Positions 63,488-64,000 of a DNA stretch of 64,000 bases are shown in pieces. The stretch lies in assembly GCF_964355755.1 (NCBI RefSeq), contig NC_092670.1, positions 35,390,388 through 35,454,387 of the forward strand, given 5' to 3'. The DNA is from Antedon mediterranea. Its lineage: Eukaryota; Animalia; Echinodermata. The notes under the pieces were generated by a model that saw only the letters and a program-made list of their open reading frames with translations, searched no databases and was not told the origin of the DNA. The first letter of the stretch is position 1; each line of letters starts with the position of its first letter. A program made the translations under genes and the position numbers.

Positions 63488-63897
63488 TTAAAGTCCCGTT
63501 TACACTAGGGCGATACCAATCGAAAATAAATAGATAAACATACATTTTTCTTACATAAAACAAAAATAAATTGGAAGTTTTTCTTCTACCGCAATATGAT
63601 AATCATTTAATACTGTCCTTGATAAATGTAATATTTTAAAAAATCTAATCAAATGACGTCATAATCAATAAAAACAATAAAATCGTTGTATTGTCACTAT
63701 ATTATTGCACATACTAATCATGACGTCATTTCATTGGACGTGTGAACATAATTATTATTTTCATCAAAGGCAGGATAGATGGTTATACTATAGTTCTAGG
63801 ATAAAAACTTGTTAGATTTCTTTTGTTTTATGTATAAAAAATGTATGTTTATCTATTTATCGTCTATCGTTATCGCCCTAGTGTAAACGGGCATTAA
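63488..63897. mobile_element. MITE with ~26-bp TIRs, related to 62860-63102
   Basis: ttaaagtcccgtttacactagggcgata ... tatcgccctagtgtaaacgggcattaa. Confidence 0.8.
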
Positions 63898-64000
63898 AAC
63901 ACATACAAAATGATTGTAAAAGCATCACCGCTACAAAATGTGATTGATAATGAATAATTGGATCTATTGTCTTGTCATCTTCATGTTATAGTTGCCAAAA

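Overview
This is eukaryotic, AT-rich, intron-dense animal DNA. A marine invertebrate deuterostome such as an echinoderm is my inference from the gene and SINE content. Hand-splicing recovers five multi-exon genes and the first exon of a sixth. (1) GTF3C4/TFIIIC90 on the - strand (23608->2807), whose zinc-finger exon is broken. (2) METTL18 on the + strand (24237-28096), divergent from GTF3C4 and carrying a U12-type intron. (3) PNPO on the - strand (31950->29109). (4) An ADGRG-like adhesion GPCR on the - strand (42662->34116) with a non-canonical GPS motif and a GC-AG intron. (5) A secreted LDLa-like + 5xCUB + (PEGKPE)n protein on the - strand (54983->44938), immediately upstream of the receptor. 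(6) The signal-peptide exon of an 'HxxGGTxxW' (Sib/integrin-beta-like) protein on the + strand (60729-60836). Introns and intergenic DNA hold a palindromic satellite, a 23-bp minisatellite, several MITE families, Helentron/DINE-like elements, Deu/Nin-domain SINEs (one preceded by a 5S rRNA-derived segment), LINE 3' remnants and degenerate Penelope-type hammerhead motifs. Most entries in the supplied ORF track are spurious or are partial exons. All family assignments come from recalled motifs, not database searches.
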